DNA from: Sphingomonadaceae bacterium PASS1
Lineage (GTDB): Bacteria > Pseudomonadota > Alphaproteobacteria > Sphingomonadales > Sphingomonadaceae
DNA length: 64,000 nucleotides
Assembly (NCBI GenBank): GCA_002255985.1
Contig: NKIR01000014.1
Coordinates: forward strand, 3,919 to 67,918
Reading direction: 5' to 3'
A program made the position numbers and the translations under genes. Shown here piece by piece: positions 1 to 9,939 of the stretch. The notes beneath the pieces were generated by a model that did not search any database, was not told where the DNA came from, and was given only the letters and a program-made list of their open reading frames with translations. The stretch's first letter is position 1, and each line of letters opens with the position of its first letter.

Positions 1-81
1 CGGTTCAATTCATACGGATGATTCGAGCGAAATGCTTGGTTGACAGTGAATTGGCATGTGGAAACCAAAGGGGTTTTAGAA

Positions 82-2724
82 ATGAAAATTCGTTATCAGC
101 TTGCGGCGAGTGCGGTTGCACTTACCATCTGCAGCTTTTCAAGCGCTGCCTTCGCGCAGTCGACTGGTTCAGTCGATTTCGAAGAAGAAGTAATTGTCGT
201 CTCCGGTTCGCGTTCGCAGGACGTTGCTGGAATTCAGGCACCTGACTCGACCAAGGCAAAAGCGGTTCTTACGCAAGAGCTGATCGAACGTCAGAATCCA
301 GGCCAGACAATTCTAGACACCATCAACGTCATTCCTGGCGTAAGCTTCCAGAACAACGATGCTTATGGCTCGGGGGGCGGCACGCTTAACATCCGTGGGT
401 TTGACTCGTCGCGCATCTCGCTGACGTTTGACGGTATCCCGTTGAATGACTCAGGCAACTACGCCATCTATTCGAACCAGCAGCTTGACCCTGAATTGAT
501 TGAACAGGTCAATGTTAACCTTGGTACGACTGACGTCGACCGCCCTACAGCATCGGCTGTTGGCGGCACCGTCAACTACCGCACACTGACACCGACTGAA
601 GATTTCGGTGTTAAGGTTTCGGCCTCGCTCGGCGAATTCAACTTCGAGCGCCTTTTCGGCATGATCAATACCGGCAACTTGACGTCGTTCGGGACGCGCG
701 CGTTCTTCTCGGCTTCAAAGGCGACCAACGACAACCCGTTCAACAATTACGGCGTTATCGACAAGCAACAGTATAACGGGAAGATCTATCAGCCAATCGG
801 CAGCGATGGTGACTTCATTGCGATTGCCGCCAACTATAATCAAAACCGCAATAACTTCTTCGGTTCGCTGCCATTGCGCATCGACGCGGGCCGTGTCGTT
901 GGTGCCGCTTCGACCAACCGTTTCCCAACGAACAACAATGAACGGGAATATCTGATTAACTTCCCTTGTACGACAACAGTAACGCCGGTTGCCGGAACTG
1001 CTCAGTCGGCAACAGCATGCGGCACGGAATTTGATCGGCGTTTCAACCCGTCAAACACGGGCAGCATCCGTGGTTCGTCAAAATTCACTTTCGGTGAAAA
1101 GCTGACGTTGACGGTCGATCCAAGCTATCAGTACGTTAAGGCAAATGGTGGTGGCACCGTCACTGCACGTGAAGCACGTCGCGACATCGATCCGACTGGC
1201 GGCACAGCAGCAAACTGCACGACTGTGGTAAGCGGTGCTGGCGTAAACTGCCAGGCTGGATACCTCTCGGGTTCGCCATTCTTTGGTAAGGATCTGAACG
1301 GTGATGGCGACATCCTCGATCAGGTTACCATGATGGCACCAAGCCAGACCCAAACGCATCGTTATGGCGTCATCAGCTCGCTGCGTTATGAAATTAACGA
1401 TGCGCATTCGGTTCGCGTTGCCTACACCTTTGACCGTGCACGTCACCGTCAGACGGGCGAAGTTGGCTTGTTGGACGTTAATGGCGAGCCATTTGATGTT
1501 TTCCCAGTAAACGGCCCGCAAATTGCCGCTAACGGCGTAACGCTTCAAAAGCGTAACCGTCTGTCCTATGCAATCTTGCAGCAGGTTTCGGGCGAATATC
1601 GCGGTGAATTCATGGACAGCAATCTGGTTGTGACAGCCGGTGTTCGTGCACCATTCTTCAAGCGCGACCTGACCAACTATTGCTTCACCAGCTCAGCTGG
1701 CGGCTTTGTTGAGTGCTTCGGTGATGCGAACCAGAACACCCTGAACGCAACGCTCAACCCAACGCAGGCTGCTCCACAAAACCGCGTCTTCAAATATGAC
1801 AAGGTTTTGCCAAACTTAGGCTTCAATTATAAGTTTACGCCTGAATTCAGCATGTTCGCAAGCTTTGCGCAGGGCCTTTCGGTTCCAGGTACAGACAGCT
1901 TGTACAACGCGTTCTTCTTCCCGATCACGACCGCACGTGCGCGTCCTTCTCCAGAAACGACAGACAGCGTTGATCTTGGCGTTCGTTACCGTTCGGGTAA
2001 CATCCAGGCACAGCTTTCGGGCTGGTTGACGAAGTTCCAGAACCGTTTGGCTTCGGCTTACGATCCCGAACTGGACCAGAACGTGTATCGTAACCTCGGC
2101 AATGTCGACAAATACGGTATTGATGGTTCGATTTCATATCAGCCAATTCCAGAATTGGCGTTGTATGTATTCGGTTCGTACATGAAGTCGGAAATCAAGA
2201 ACAACGTTGCGATCGGTGAAAACGCCGACGGTACGCCAGTTTTTGCTGCGACTGCAGGACAGCGTGAAGGTGGTTCGCCGAAATATTCGTTCGGTGGAAC
2301 TGTTCGCGGTGAAGTTGGACCAGTTGAACTTGGCATTACTGCAAAGCGCACTGGCCCACGGAACATCTTCGATACGGGCGCAGCGACCTACACAGGCTCG
2401 TTCATTCCAACTGGCGCGGTTCCAAGCGGCACTTTGGGCACAGTATCGCAGACCGAAATCTTTGGTGCAGCTGCGCCTGCATATTGGATGGTCAACCTTG
2501 ATGCGAGCGTCAACCTTGGCTTCTTGGGTGTGAGCGACAAGACCCGCTTCCAGCTCAACGTCTACAACCTGTTCGACCAATTCTATGTCGGCGGTTTTGG
2601 CGGTGGCTTGGCGCAGAGCGCATCATATAACCGTACAACCGGTGTTGCGACTTACGGAAGCCCCGGGTTCGTTCAAATCGGTGCACCACGCACCGTGAGC
2701 GGAACGATTACGTTCGTATTCTAA
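82..2724 (+). CDS. TonB-dependent outer membrane receptor
   Basis: Signal peptide ending AFA-Q, TonB-box-like EVIVVSG, plug motif IRGF...DGIPLN, C-terminal GAPRTVSGTITFVF ending in Phe; ATG at 82 chosen over the ORF-track start at 40. Confidence 0.93.
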   Translation: MKIRYQLAASAVALTICSFSSAAFAQSTGSVDFEEEVIVVSGSRSQDVAGIQAPDSTKAKAVLTQELIERQNPGQTILDTINVIPGVSFQNNDAYGSGGGTLNIRGFDSSRISLTFDGIPLNDSGNYAIYSNQQLDPELIEQVNVNLGTTDVDRPTASAVGGTVNYRTLTPTEDFGVKVSASLGEFNFERLFGMINTGNLTSFGTRAFFSASKATNDNPFNNYGVIDKQQYNGKIYQPIGSDGDFIAIAANYNQNRNNFFGSLPLRIDAGRVVGAASTNRFPTNNNEREYLINFPCTTTVTPVAGTAQSATACGTEFDRRFNPSNTGSIRGSSKFTFGEKLTLTVDPSYQYVKANGGGTVTAREARRDIDPTGGTAANCTTVVSGAGVNCQAGYLSGSPFFGKDLNGDGDILDQVTMMAPSQTQTHRYGVISSLRYEINDAHSVRVAYTFDRARHRQTGEVGLLDVNGEPFDVFPVNGPQIAANGVTLQKRNRLSYAILQQVSGEYRGEFMDSNLVVTAGVRAPFFKRDLTNYCFTSSAGGFVECFGDANQNTLNATLNPTQAAPQNRVFKYDKVLPNLGFNYKFTPEFSMFASFAQGLSVPGTDSLYNAFFFPITTARARPSPETTDSVDLGVRYRSGNIQAQLSGWLTKFQNRLASAYDPELDQNVYRNLGNVDKYGIDGSISYQPIPELALYVFGSYMKSEIKNNVAIGENADGTPVFAATAGQREGGSPKYSFGGTVRGEVGPVELGITAKRTGPRNIFDTGAATYTGSFIPTGAVPSGTLGTVSQTEIFGAAAPAYWMVNLDASVNLGFLGVSDKTRFQLNVYNLFDQFYVGGFGGGLAQSASYNRTTGVATYGSPGFVQIGAPRTVSGTITFVF

Positions 2725-2743
2725 GTCATTGAACTAGAAAATT

Positions 2744-2777
2744 AAAAAGGGCGGGGCTTCGGCTTCGCCCTTTTTTT
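2744..2777. terminator. Bidirectional intrinsic terminator between TBDR and mtgA
   Basis: AAAAAGGGCGGGGC-TTCG-GCTTCGCCC-TTTTTTT: stem with G-U pairs flanked by A and T runs, between convergent genes. Confidence 0.85.
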
Positions 2778-3483
2778 ATGGGTAAATGCAGACGTCGAGG
2801 CCGTCGCGTTTGACGACTCGGATGCGCGCAGCGATGCTGTTGCCGTACCGGCGCGTAAAACCGCCCACGCCGTTTACCGCGCGCTTTTTGGGTAATGGCA
2901 GAATAGCAGCCAATCGTGCGGCTTCCGTGCGTGTAAGATCTTTCGCAGATTTGTTGAAGTAACGCTGCGCGCCTTCTTCGGCGCCATAAGTGCCAATGCC
3001 CGTTTCAGCGACATTCAGATACACTTCCATTATCCGGCGTTTGCCCCAGATCTTTTCGATCAGGAAAGTGAAATAGACTTCGGGCACTTTGCGCAGGTAA
3101 CGCGTCCAACCCGACCCCTGCCACAGAAACACGTTCTTTGCGGTCTGCTGGCTGATGGTTGAGCCACCGCGGATTTTTCCGCCCTGTTGATTACGTTTAA
3201 GCGCCTTTTCGATCGCCTCACGGTCAAAGCCATCATGGCTACAGAATTTGCCATCTTCGGCCGCAATGACGGCGCGGACCAGATTTGGTGAGATATCGGA
3301 AAGTGGCATCCAGTCGCGCTTTGCGCCATGACTGTCGAACAGCATGGTTAGCGTCGTGGGCACGGGAACAACAGCATAAATGGCCGTCAACGCAACCGTC
3401 CCGCCGGTAAGATATATAGCCGTTTTCAGGCTGTAAAGAGAGATACGGGCGGAAAACGAGCGCTTCAGTTTTTTCATTATCAA
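2776..3483 (-). CDS. mtgA: Monofunctional peptidoglycan transglycosylase
   Basis: GT51 motifs AAEDGKF..H.GFD, RGGSTISQQTAKN, RK..E, YLN. Confidence 0.92.
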   Translation of the reverse strand: MIMKKLKRSFSARISLYSLKTAIYLTGGTVALTAIYAVVPVPTTLTMLFDSHGAKRDWMPLSDISPNLVRAVIAAEDGKFCSHDGFDREAIEKALKRNQQGGKIRGGSTISQQTAKNVFLWQGSGWTRYLRKVPEVYFTFLIEKIWGKRRIMEVYLNVAETGIGTYGAEEGAQRYFNKSAKDLTRTEAARLAAILPLPKKRAVNGVGGFTRRYGNSIAARIRVVKRDGLDVCIYP

Positions 3484-3528
3484 AAGCTAGCGCAGCGTTC
3501 TCCGCCCGTCATCTATTTTTGCACTCAA

Positions 3529-4434
3529 TTAGACGGTGAGCAGCAACCGCTTTTCACCGGCAATGCGCAGCATCGCTTTTTGTAGCTTTTCAAACGCACG
3601 CACTTCAATCTGGCGCACGCGTTCACGGCTGACGCTGTAAGTCTGGCTGAGTTCTTCGAGCGTTTGCGGCTCTTCAATCAGCCTGCGCTGCGTCAGGATA
3701 TGCTTCTCGCGCTCATTCAGGCTATCCATTGCTTCGGAGAGCAGGGCATGACGCATATCGCCTTCTTGTGCGTCAGCAACGCGTTCGTCCTGCAATGGGG
3801 TGTCGTCGACCAACCAATCCTGCCATTGGCCATCGCCATCCTCGCGCATTGGGACGTTCAGTGAGGTGTCACCGCCCATCGCCATGCGGCGGTTCATATT
3901 GTTCACTTCTTCCTCGGACACGCCAAGGTCGGTGGCAATTTTACGCAAGGCTTCTTGGTTCAGATCGCCATCTTCAAACGCCTGAAGGTTGTTTTTCATA
4001 CGCCGCAGGTTGAAGAACAGCTTTTTCTGCGCGGCGGTCGTGCCGATTTTGACCAGGCTCCAGCTGCGCAGAATGAATTCCTGCATCGACGCGCGAATCC
4101 ACCACATCGCGTAAGTCGCGAGGCGGAAGCCGCGGTCTGGATCGAATTTCTTCACACCTTGCATCAATCCGATGTTGCCTTCGGAAATAAGCTCGGACAC
4201 CGGCAGGCCGTAGCCGCGATAACCCATGGCAATTTTTGATACGAGGCGAAGATGTGACGTCACAAGCTGCTCGGCAGCTTTGGTATCGCCATGTTCTTGA
4301 AAGCGTTTGGCGAGCATATATTCTTGCTCAGGCTTCAAAACTGGAAACTTCCGGATTTCGCTTAGGTAACGGTTAAGGCTCGCGTCCCCCCCAAGGGCAG
4401 GTATTGTAGCCGGAACATTCTTTTTCTCAGACAT
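3529..4434 (-). CDS. rpoH: RNA polymerase sigma-32 factor
   Basis: Sigma70 regions 2 and 4, RpoH box QKKLFFNLRR; GAGG RBS before ATG 4434. Confidence 0.95.
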   Translation of the reverse strand: MSEKKNVPATIPALGGDASLNRYLSEIRKFPVLKPEQEYMLAKRFQEHGDTKAAEQLVTSHLRLVSKIAMGYRGYGLPVSELISEGNIGLMQGVKKFDPDRGFRLATYAMWWIRASMQEFILRSWSLVKIGTTAAQKKLFFNLRRMKNNLQAFEDGDLNQEALRKIATDLGVSEEEVNNMNRRMAMGGDTSLNVPMREDGDGQWQDWLVDDTPLQDERVADAQEGDMRHALLSEAMDSLNEREKHILTQRRLIEEPQTLEELSQTYSVSRERVRQIEVRAFEKLQKAMLRIAGEKRLLLTV

Positions 4435-4506
4435 GTTTTCCTCTTTCATTGTGCTTCCCACCGGGCCTCATCAAGCACCCGGTAGCAAAGCGTTCCCTTT
4501 GAACCT

Positions 4507-5448
4507 CTATATACGCAGTTGGCTTAACAGAAGCTGCATATCCTCTGGTAAACCGCATTCGAACCGTAAGGTTTCGCCGGATATCGGATGAATAAACCCC
4601 AATGAGGCAGCATGCAATGCCTGTCGGTCGAACGGAGCCTGATCTGGTCCGATTCTGTAGGGGTTTTGTCGATTAGAATAAACGCTATCGCCGATCAGTG
4701 GATGACCGATGTGGGTCATATGTACGCGGACTTGATGGGTCCGCCCCGTTTCCAATGTGCATTCGACGACTGCGGTTTTGGAAAATGCCTCCGTCATGCG
4801 AAAATGCGTGACCGCATGCTTACCCTTGTTATCGGGCAGAACGGCCATTTTTTTACGGTTGGTCGTTGACCGGCCGATTTGTGTGCGCACCGTCCCCGCA
4901 GGTGGGGCAGGGATGCCACTGACGATCGCGATATATTTGCGTTCGATGTCATGCGCGGCGAATAATTTGGCGAGTCCCTCGTGCGCGACGTCGCTTTTCG
5001 CCACGACCAACAGCCCGGATGTGTCTTTATCAATTCGGTGGACGATACCTGGCCGCTGAACCCCACCAATGCCTGACAACTTGCCCTGACAATGGTGTAA
5101 CAGCGCATTGACCAATGTTCCGTCGCTATGCCCGGCGGCAGGGTGCACCACCAATCCAGCGGGTTTGTTCACGATGATTAGATGTGCATCTTCGTAAACG
5201 ACTTCGAGCTGAATATCTTGTGGGATTGCTTTGTCAGGCTTGGGGGCAGGGACATTTAATTCAAAATGCTGGCCGGACATTTTCTTGCTTGCAGGATCCG
5301 CGAAGCTTTGTCCGTTGATGCGCAACGCAGCGTCAGCGATCAGGGCCTGAATCCGTGCGCGCGAAAATTGCGGCAGCGCTGATGCAAGCGCGCTATCGAG
5401 CCTTCCTTCGCCCAAAATACCTGTAAATGTGGCATTTTCTCCAATCAT
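4507..5448 (-). CDS. rluD: RluA/RluD family 23S rRNA pseudouridine synthase
   Basis: S4 domain, NKPAGLVVHP, catalytic HRIDKDTSG, GRTHQVRVH; start inferred at MIGENA. Confidence 0.9.
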   Translation of the reverse strand: MIGENATFTGILGEGRLDSALASALPQFSRARIQALIADAALRINGQSFADPASKKMSGQHFELNVPAPKPDKAIPQDIQLEVVYEDAHLIIVNKPAGLVVHPAAGHSDGTLVNALLHHCQGKLSGIGGVQRPGIVHRIDKDTSGLLVVAKSDVAHEGLAKLFAAHDIERKYIAIVSGIPAPPAGTVRTQIGRSTTNRKKMAVLPDNKGKHAVTHFRMTEAFSKTAVVECTLETGRTHQVRVHMTHIGHPLIGDSVYSNRQNPYRIGPDQAPFDRQALHAASLGFIHPISGETLRFECGLPEDMQLLLSQLRI

Positions 5449-5464
5449 CGCATACACATGGGTT

Positions 5465-5872
5465 ATGGCCCTGCATTTATCAAGCAATGACCAGAAACAA
5501 CTTCTGCATTGGGCGGCGGACGCCGGCCATAATGAATGTTGTGGTGTGTTGCGTGGAAGCGACGGGAAGGTCATTGCCGTGGAATGGGCAGCTAATGTAG
5601 CCGCCGATCCGTCACGGAATTTTGAAATCGATCCTGCCGCACTCATCGCCGTCCATAAGGATGTCAGAACGGGCGGCATGCCGCTTCTGGGCTATTTTCA
5701 TTCGCACCCGAACGGCGTGGTGCGGCCTTCTGCGTCGGACATCGCGCAGGCCGCACCCGATGGCCTAATATGGCTCATAATTGCAGGGGGAACGGTTACG
5801 GCATGGCAACCTATCGCTATTGGCGCTAACGTCACAGGGTTTACCCCCGTGCCGCTGATCGTGGAGGGTTGA
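5465..5872 (+). CDS. JAB/MPN (M67 family) metallopeptidase
   Basis: JAMM motif E(CCG)...HSHP-x6-PSASD. Confidence 0.88.
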   Translation: MALHLSSNDQKQLLHWAADAGHNECCGVLRGSDGKVIAVEWAANVAADPSRNFEIDPAALIAVHKDVRTGGMPLLGYFHSHPNGVVRPSASDIAQAAPDGLIWLIIAGGTVTAWQPIAIGANVTGFTPVPLIVEG

Positions 5873-5935
5873 ATCGATTGTAAACACAGTCCATGAGCGC
5901 CATCAATATGCTAGTCAGTCCAGGGAACTATTTTA

Positions 5936-6586
5936 ATGTCCGACACGGAAATCGATTTTGCCAGCCTGCTTTGCTCGCGCCTGTGTCATGACCTTTTGAG
6001 CCCGGTCGGAGCCATGAATAATGGACTTGAGTTGCTGGCCGACGAGCATGATCCGGAAATGCGGCAACGGTGCATGGATTTGCTCGCGGAAAGCGCCAAG
6101 GCTGCCGCCGATAAGCTGAAGTTTTTCCGTCTCGCCTTTGGTGCTGCTGGCGGCTTTGGCTCGGAAGTCGACCCTAAAGAAGCGCGGGGCGTTATTGAAC
6201 CGCTGGTCACTGCGAGCGGTCGAACGGTTTTGGAATGGGTTATTCCGGCGCACATGATGCCAAAGCGCGCTATCAAAATCTTGCTGAACCTCGTGCTGTT
6301 AGCGAATGAAGCATTGGTACGTGGCGGCACTTTATTCGTGGGCGCTGAAACCGGATTGAACGAACAGGAAATTGTCATTCGGGCGAGTGGACCAAAAATT
6401 GTTATGGATTCCGCTGTTCGAGAGGCGCTGACAGGGAAGCTTGATGCCTCGATGGTAGATTCCCGCACCGCTGCCGCCTGGATGGCGCACACTTTGGCTC
6501 TACAGGGCGGCGGGATGATCCAGATAGCTGAACCCGACGCCGAACATCTCGTCATCGGCGCGCTTGTGCGCACTTCGCAGGTATAG
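5936..6586 (+). CDS. chpT: Histidine phosphotransferase ChpT
   Basis: LLCSRLCHDLLSPVGA..NGLELL and LKFFRLAFGAAG, characteristic of ChpT. Confidence 0.92.
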   Translation: MSDTEIDFASLLCSRLCHDLLSPVGAMNNGLELLADEHDPEMRQRCMDLLAESAKAAADKLKFFRLAFGAAGGFGSEVDPKEARGVIEPLVTASGRTVLEWVIPAHMMPKRAIKILLNLVLLANEALVRGGTLFVGAETGLNEQEIVIRASGPKIVMDSAVREALTGKLDASMVDSRTAAAWMAHTLALQGGGMIQIAEPDAEHLVIGALVRTSQV

Positions 6587-6591
6587 CGTTC

Positions 6592-6607
6592 TCAACGTCT
6601 TTTTAAC
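6592..6607 (+). promoter_or_regulatory. Putative CtrA box (one mismatch) upstream of the cheA remnant
   Basis: TCAA-N7-TTAAC versus consensus TTAA-N7-TTAAC, about 45 bp upstream of the cheA ATG. Confidence 0.4.
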
Positions 6608-6651
6608 CATCTGATGTCAAATGTCGTGTCCGCTAGAACGGATCGACAGAT

Positions 6652-7583
6652 ATGGACGATTTGATAGAAGACTTTATTGCTGAAACGCGCGAGACGCTTG
6701 AGGCACTGACAAGTCAGTTGGTAGAGTGGGAGCGTCGGCCCCACGATCGCGCTTTGCTCGACAGTGTATTCCGCTTTGTGCACACTGTAAAAGGAAGCTG
6801 TGGCTTCCTATCGCTGCCAAGGCTGCTGCGCCTGAGCCATGCTGCCGAGGACGTGCTGAGCGCCGCACGGGATGGCGATGTCGAGGTGTCGGCAGATCTG
6901 CCGCGGTGCTCGCCGTTATCGACCGTGTCGCTATCTTAACCGAGGCACTTGAGTCTGGCGTATCTGTCTATGATGACGATGACATCTTGACGGGTGCCCT
7001 GCGCCAATATTTGGGAGGCAAACCCACCGATCTGGTCACCGGCCCCGTTGATGAATCGGGCGACACACTGGCACATGAAGACAGCCCATTGCGCGGTAAA
7101 GCGCGAACTGTGCGGGTATCGCTTACCCTGCTCGATAATTTGATGAGCGGTGTTTCGGATATGGTGCTCGCCAGAAACGAAGTGTCGCGTCAGCTTCGCA
7201 AGGTTAGCTCGACCGCCGATCTCGATTTGTCATTTGCGCGTTTGTCTTCCTCTGTGGCCGAGCTGCGCGATGCCATTGGCATGATGCGTATGCAGCATAT
7301 CGACAAATTGTTCTCGGCTTTGCCAAGGCTTGTTCGCGACATAGCCATTGAGCTTGGCAAAGAAATAGAATTGCGTATCGACGGTAGCGAAGTCGAAGTT
7401 GACCGCGAAATGGTCGAAGCGTTACGGGATCCCCTAACGCAAATTTTGCGCAATGCAGCCGACCACGGAATTGAAAGTACCGCCGAACGGCGCGCTGCTG
7501 GCAAAGACCCGGTAAGCCATATCCGCGTCTCTGCCCGCCAGTCGGGCAATCAAACCATCATTGAAATTGCGGATGATGGGCGA
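6652..7583 (+). pseudogene. cheA: cheA pseudogene (frameshifted and 3'-truncated)
   Basis: Hpt domain (FVHTVKGSCGF) shifts frame at about 6900 into a frame with the dimerisation and partial HATPase domains (LTQILRNAADHGIES...IEIADDGR); homology stops there and no CheW domain follows. Confidence 0.88.
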
Positions 7584-7878
7584 AGAATGGGTCGCAAAAG
7601 ATGCATTGCGTAAAATGGTGACGTTTACGGAGCATAATATGTTGACCCCAGTGCGCCATTTTGGCCGCTTTGACGTCATTTTATGACGAAACGTCCTGAT
7701 GTATCTGAGCGAGAATAAGCGCGCCCATATTTTGGACGCGATTGCGCCATCCATGGAAGAGGGGGGGCTCTTGATGCCCGGTGCCGCCGAAACCGTTATT
7801 GGCCAGACCGAAAAATTTTGCGCGAGTAAAGAGTTTCCCGGCTTCTACGCGTTAGCGCCGCACCAGCAAGGCGCATAA
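7579..7878 (+). pseudogene. cheR: cheR C-terminal remnant with in-frame stop
   Basis: Manual translation GEEWVAKDALRKMVTFTEHNML...GRFDVIL*RNVLMYL...GAAETVIG..GFY matches the CheR C-terminus; TGA at 7684-7686 replaces the Cys of CRNV. Confidence 0.82.
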
Positions 7879-7942
7879 CCAGCAAAAGTTTCCCGCACCG
7901 GCTGATATTGCGTGCAACGGTCGACTTACCTATGGTCGCTTT

Positions 7943-8635
7943 ATGACCATGATCTGGAACCCATCACCCAATTTCGGCGAGCGTAACTTGCCGATCACTA
8001 TGCTTGTTTTGCACTATACCGGCATGCAATCGGGCGCAGGAGCCATTGACTGGCTTGCGAACCCTGCTTCCAAAGTGTCGGCGCATTATGTCGTCGATGA
8101 AGACGGCCAGCTTGTCCACATGGTGCGGGAGGAACAAAGGGCGCAGCATGCAGGGCTTTCCTATTGGCGCGGTGTGACGGACTGCAACAGCGCTAGCATC
8201 GGCATTGAGATCGTCAATCCCGGGCATGAATTTGGTTATCGCCCGTTTCCTGAAGCGCAAATGGACACCGTGACGCGATTGGTCGCCGGAATTGTCCACA
8301 CGTACGGAATTGATCCGCGAAACGTCGTCGGTCACAGCGACGTAGCACCAACCCGTAAAGAAGATCCCGGTGAATACTTCGACTGGGAACGTTTGGCAAA
8401 GCTTGGGCTTGCTGTTCCGCGTCCGCGGGAAAATCTGATTGATCCAGGTTGGCGGGATGCCGCGTTTTTGTTGGCGTTAGAACGTTATGGTTACAGTACA
8501 TCAGATGGACGTGCGGCTACCGTCGCATTCCAGCGTCGTTTTCGTCCCGAGAATATTGATGGTGTGATCGACGGTGAATGCCGGGCAATATTGCTGAGCT
8601 TGCTCTTGGAGTATGAGGGCGGACCTGCTATCTAG
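7943..8635 (+). CDS. N-acetylmuramoyl-L-alanine amidase (AmpD/AmiD, Amidase_2)
   Basis: VLHYTGM, SAHY, HAG.S.W, SIGIEIVN, GHSDVAP.RK.DPG, C-terminal peptidoglycan-binding AFQRRFRP. Confidence 0.92.
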   Translation: MTMIWNPSPNFGERNLPITMLVLHYTGMQSGAGAIDWLANPASKVSAHYVVDEDGQLVHMVREEQRAQHAGLSYWRGVTDCNSASIGIEIVNPGHEFGYRPFPEAQMDTVTRLVAGIVHTYGIDPRNVVGHSDVAPTRKEDPGEYFDWERLAKLGLAVPRPRENLIDPGWRDAAFLLALERYGYSTSDGRAATVAFQRRFRPENIDGVIDGECRAILLSLLLEYEGGPAI

Positions 8636-8640
8636 TTCGC

Positions 8641-9018
8641 GCCAGAGGGTTGGGCGACCGCCGCTTAGTGGGTAACTGCTATGGGGAGGAAAGTCCGGGC
8701 TCCAGCGAGGAACGGTGCCGGATAACGTCCGGCGGAAGCAATTTTAGGGAAAGTGCCACAGAAAACAGCCCACCGCATTTCGATGCGGCCAGGTCGAAAC
8801 GGTGCGGTAAGAGCGCACCGCGCTTTTGGTAACAGAAGCGGCAAGGCAAACCCCACCGGGAGCAAAACCGAATAGGGGCGGCACATGGCATCCTCCTGCC
8901 AGTCGCCCGGGTTGGTTGCATGAGTGCCGCAGCAATGCGGCGCCTAGATGAATGGTCGCACATCCGCTTACGCCTCGGCGGCAGCGGAGGACAGAACCCG
9001 GCTTACAGACCCTCTGGC
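8641..9018 (+). ncRNA. rnpB: RNase P RNA (bacterial type A)
   Basis: GAGGAAAGTCCGGGCTC, AGGGAAAGTGCCACAGAAA, GGTAAGAGCGCACC, ACAGAACCCGGCTTA; P1 ends GCCAGAGGGT/ACCCTCTGGC pair. Confidence 0.97.
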
Positions 9019-9252
9019 TTTTTACCCCATGCCCAATATCGCCGACGGCCTGCATAGTACGCTCTGTAAAAGCTGCGTCGGGGCTAAACCAATGTTGGCC
9101 CAAGCCGAGCAACGCAACTGCGCCAATTACGTCCACCAGTATTGGCATCATGATATGTATGGCCGCTCCGTTTACGCGAACGTCAACATTTACATGGCGG
9201 CACCATTATGGTTTGTTCTGCAGCGTAACGCATTTCCACGAGGGATAAGTCA

Positions 9253-9888
9253 ATGTCGATTATCGATCGCGCGAAGAATATCATTTTAAAACCGACAGAC
9301 GAATGGAACGTCATTGCTGATGAACCTGCAACCGTTGGCGGCCTATTCACCGGATATGCGATGGTCTTAGAAGCTATTCCTTTGGCAACCAGCATAATCT
9401 TCACAGGCGCGCTGGGTATAAATACCGCTAGCCTTGGTGGCATGGGCGGGGGCGCTATGGAAATGGGCTTTGGCGCCATCGCGGGAATGGCGGTGTTGGG
9501 ATATATGTTTTCCCTCGTTACGCTTTTTGTGATGTCATTCCTCGTCAACGCCGTTTCGCCAAGCTTTAACGGCAAGTCCGACATGGTTCAGTCGACCAAG
9601 CTGATGGCATATGCATCTACTCCAACTTGGGTTGCGGGCTTGGTTGGCTGGATCCCCATATTGGGCGGTCTAATTTCCTTCGCCGCAATCGCTTATGTGG
9701 TCTACCTGATCTATCTGGGGCTGCAGCCTGTGCTCGGTGTGCCTAAGGAAAAGGTCGCGGGATTCACCGTTGTCATCGTGCTCATTTATGTCGTTCTGAC
9801 TGTCCTTGTTTCCGGCATCCTGATTGGCATTGCCTTTTCGACCTTGTTCGGCGGCGGCATGATGGGCGGGGCTTTGTCCGGCGCATAA
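9253..9888 (+). CDS. Yip1 family membrane protein
   Basis: IIDRAKNIILKP..EW.VI N-terminus, multiple TM segments, AYASTP.WV and Y.VYLIYLGL motifs. Confidence 0.8.
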   Translation: MSIIDRAKNIILKPTDEWNVIADEPATVGGLFTGYAMVLEAIPLATSIIFTGALGINTASLGGMGGGAMEMGFGAIAGMAVLGYMFSLVTLFVMSFLVNAVSPSFNGKSDMVQSTKLMAYASTPTWVAGLVGWIPILGGLISFAAIAYVVYLIYLGLQPVLGVPKEKVAGFTVVIVLIYVVLTVLVSGILIGIAFSTLFGGGMMGGALSGA

Positions 9889-9939
9889 ATTGCGTTTACG
9901 CCACTAGCAAAATGCGCCTGCCGTCGCTAAGTCGGCGGC

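Noticed and set aside
6726-7613. 295-aa ORF as an independent intact gene
   Set aside because: Its N-terminus is out-of-frame cheA sequence and its C-terminus is junction read-through; treated as part of the cheA pseudogene
8650-9248. ORFs overlapping rnpB
   Set aside because: The region is fully explained by RNase P RNA
9020-9250. Cys/His-containing frame after rnpB, faintly like a GFA-family C-terminus
   Set aside because: Similarity is too weak to judge by eye, there is no good RBS, and the frame overlaps rnpB and the Yip1 gene
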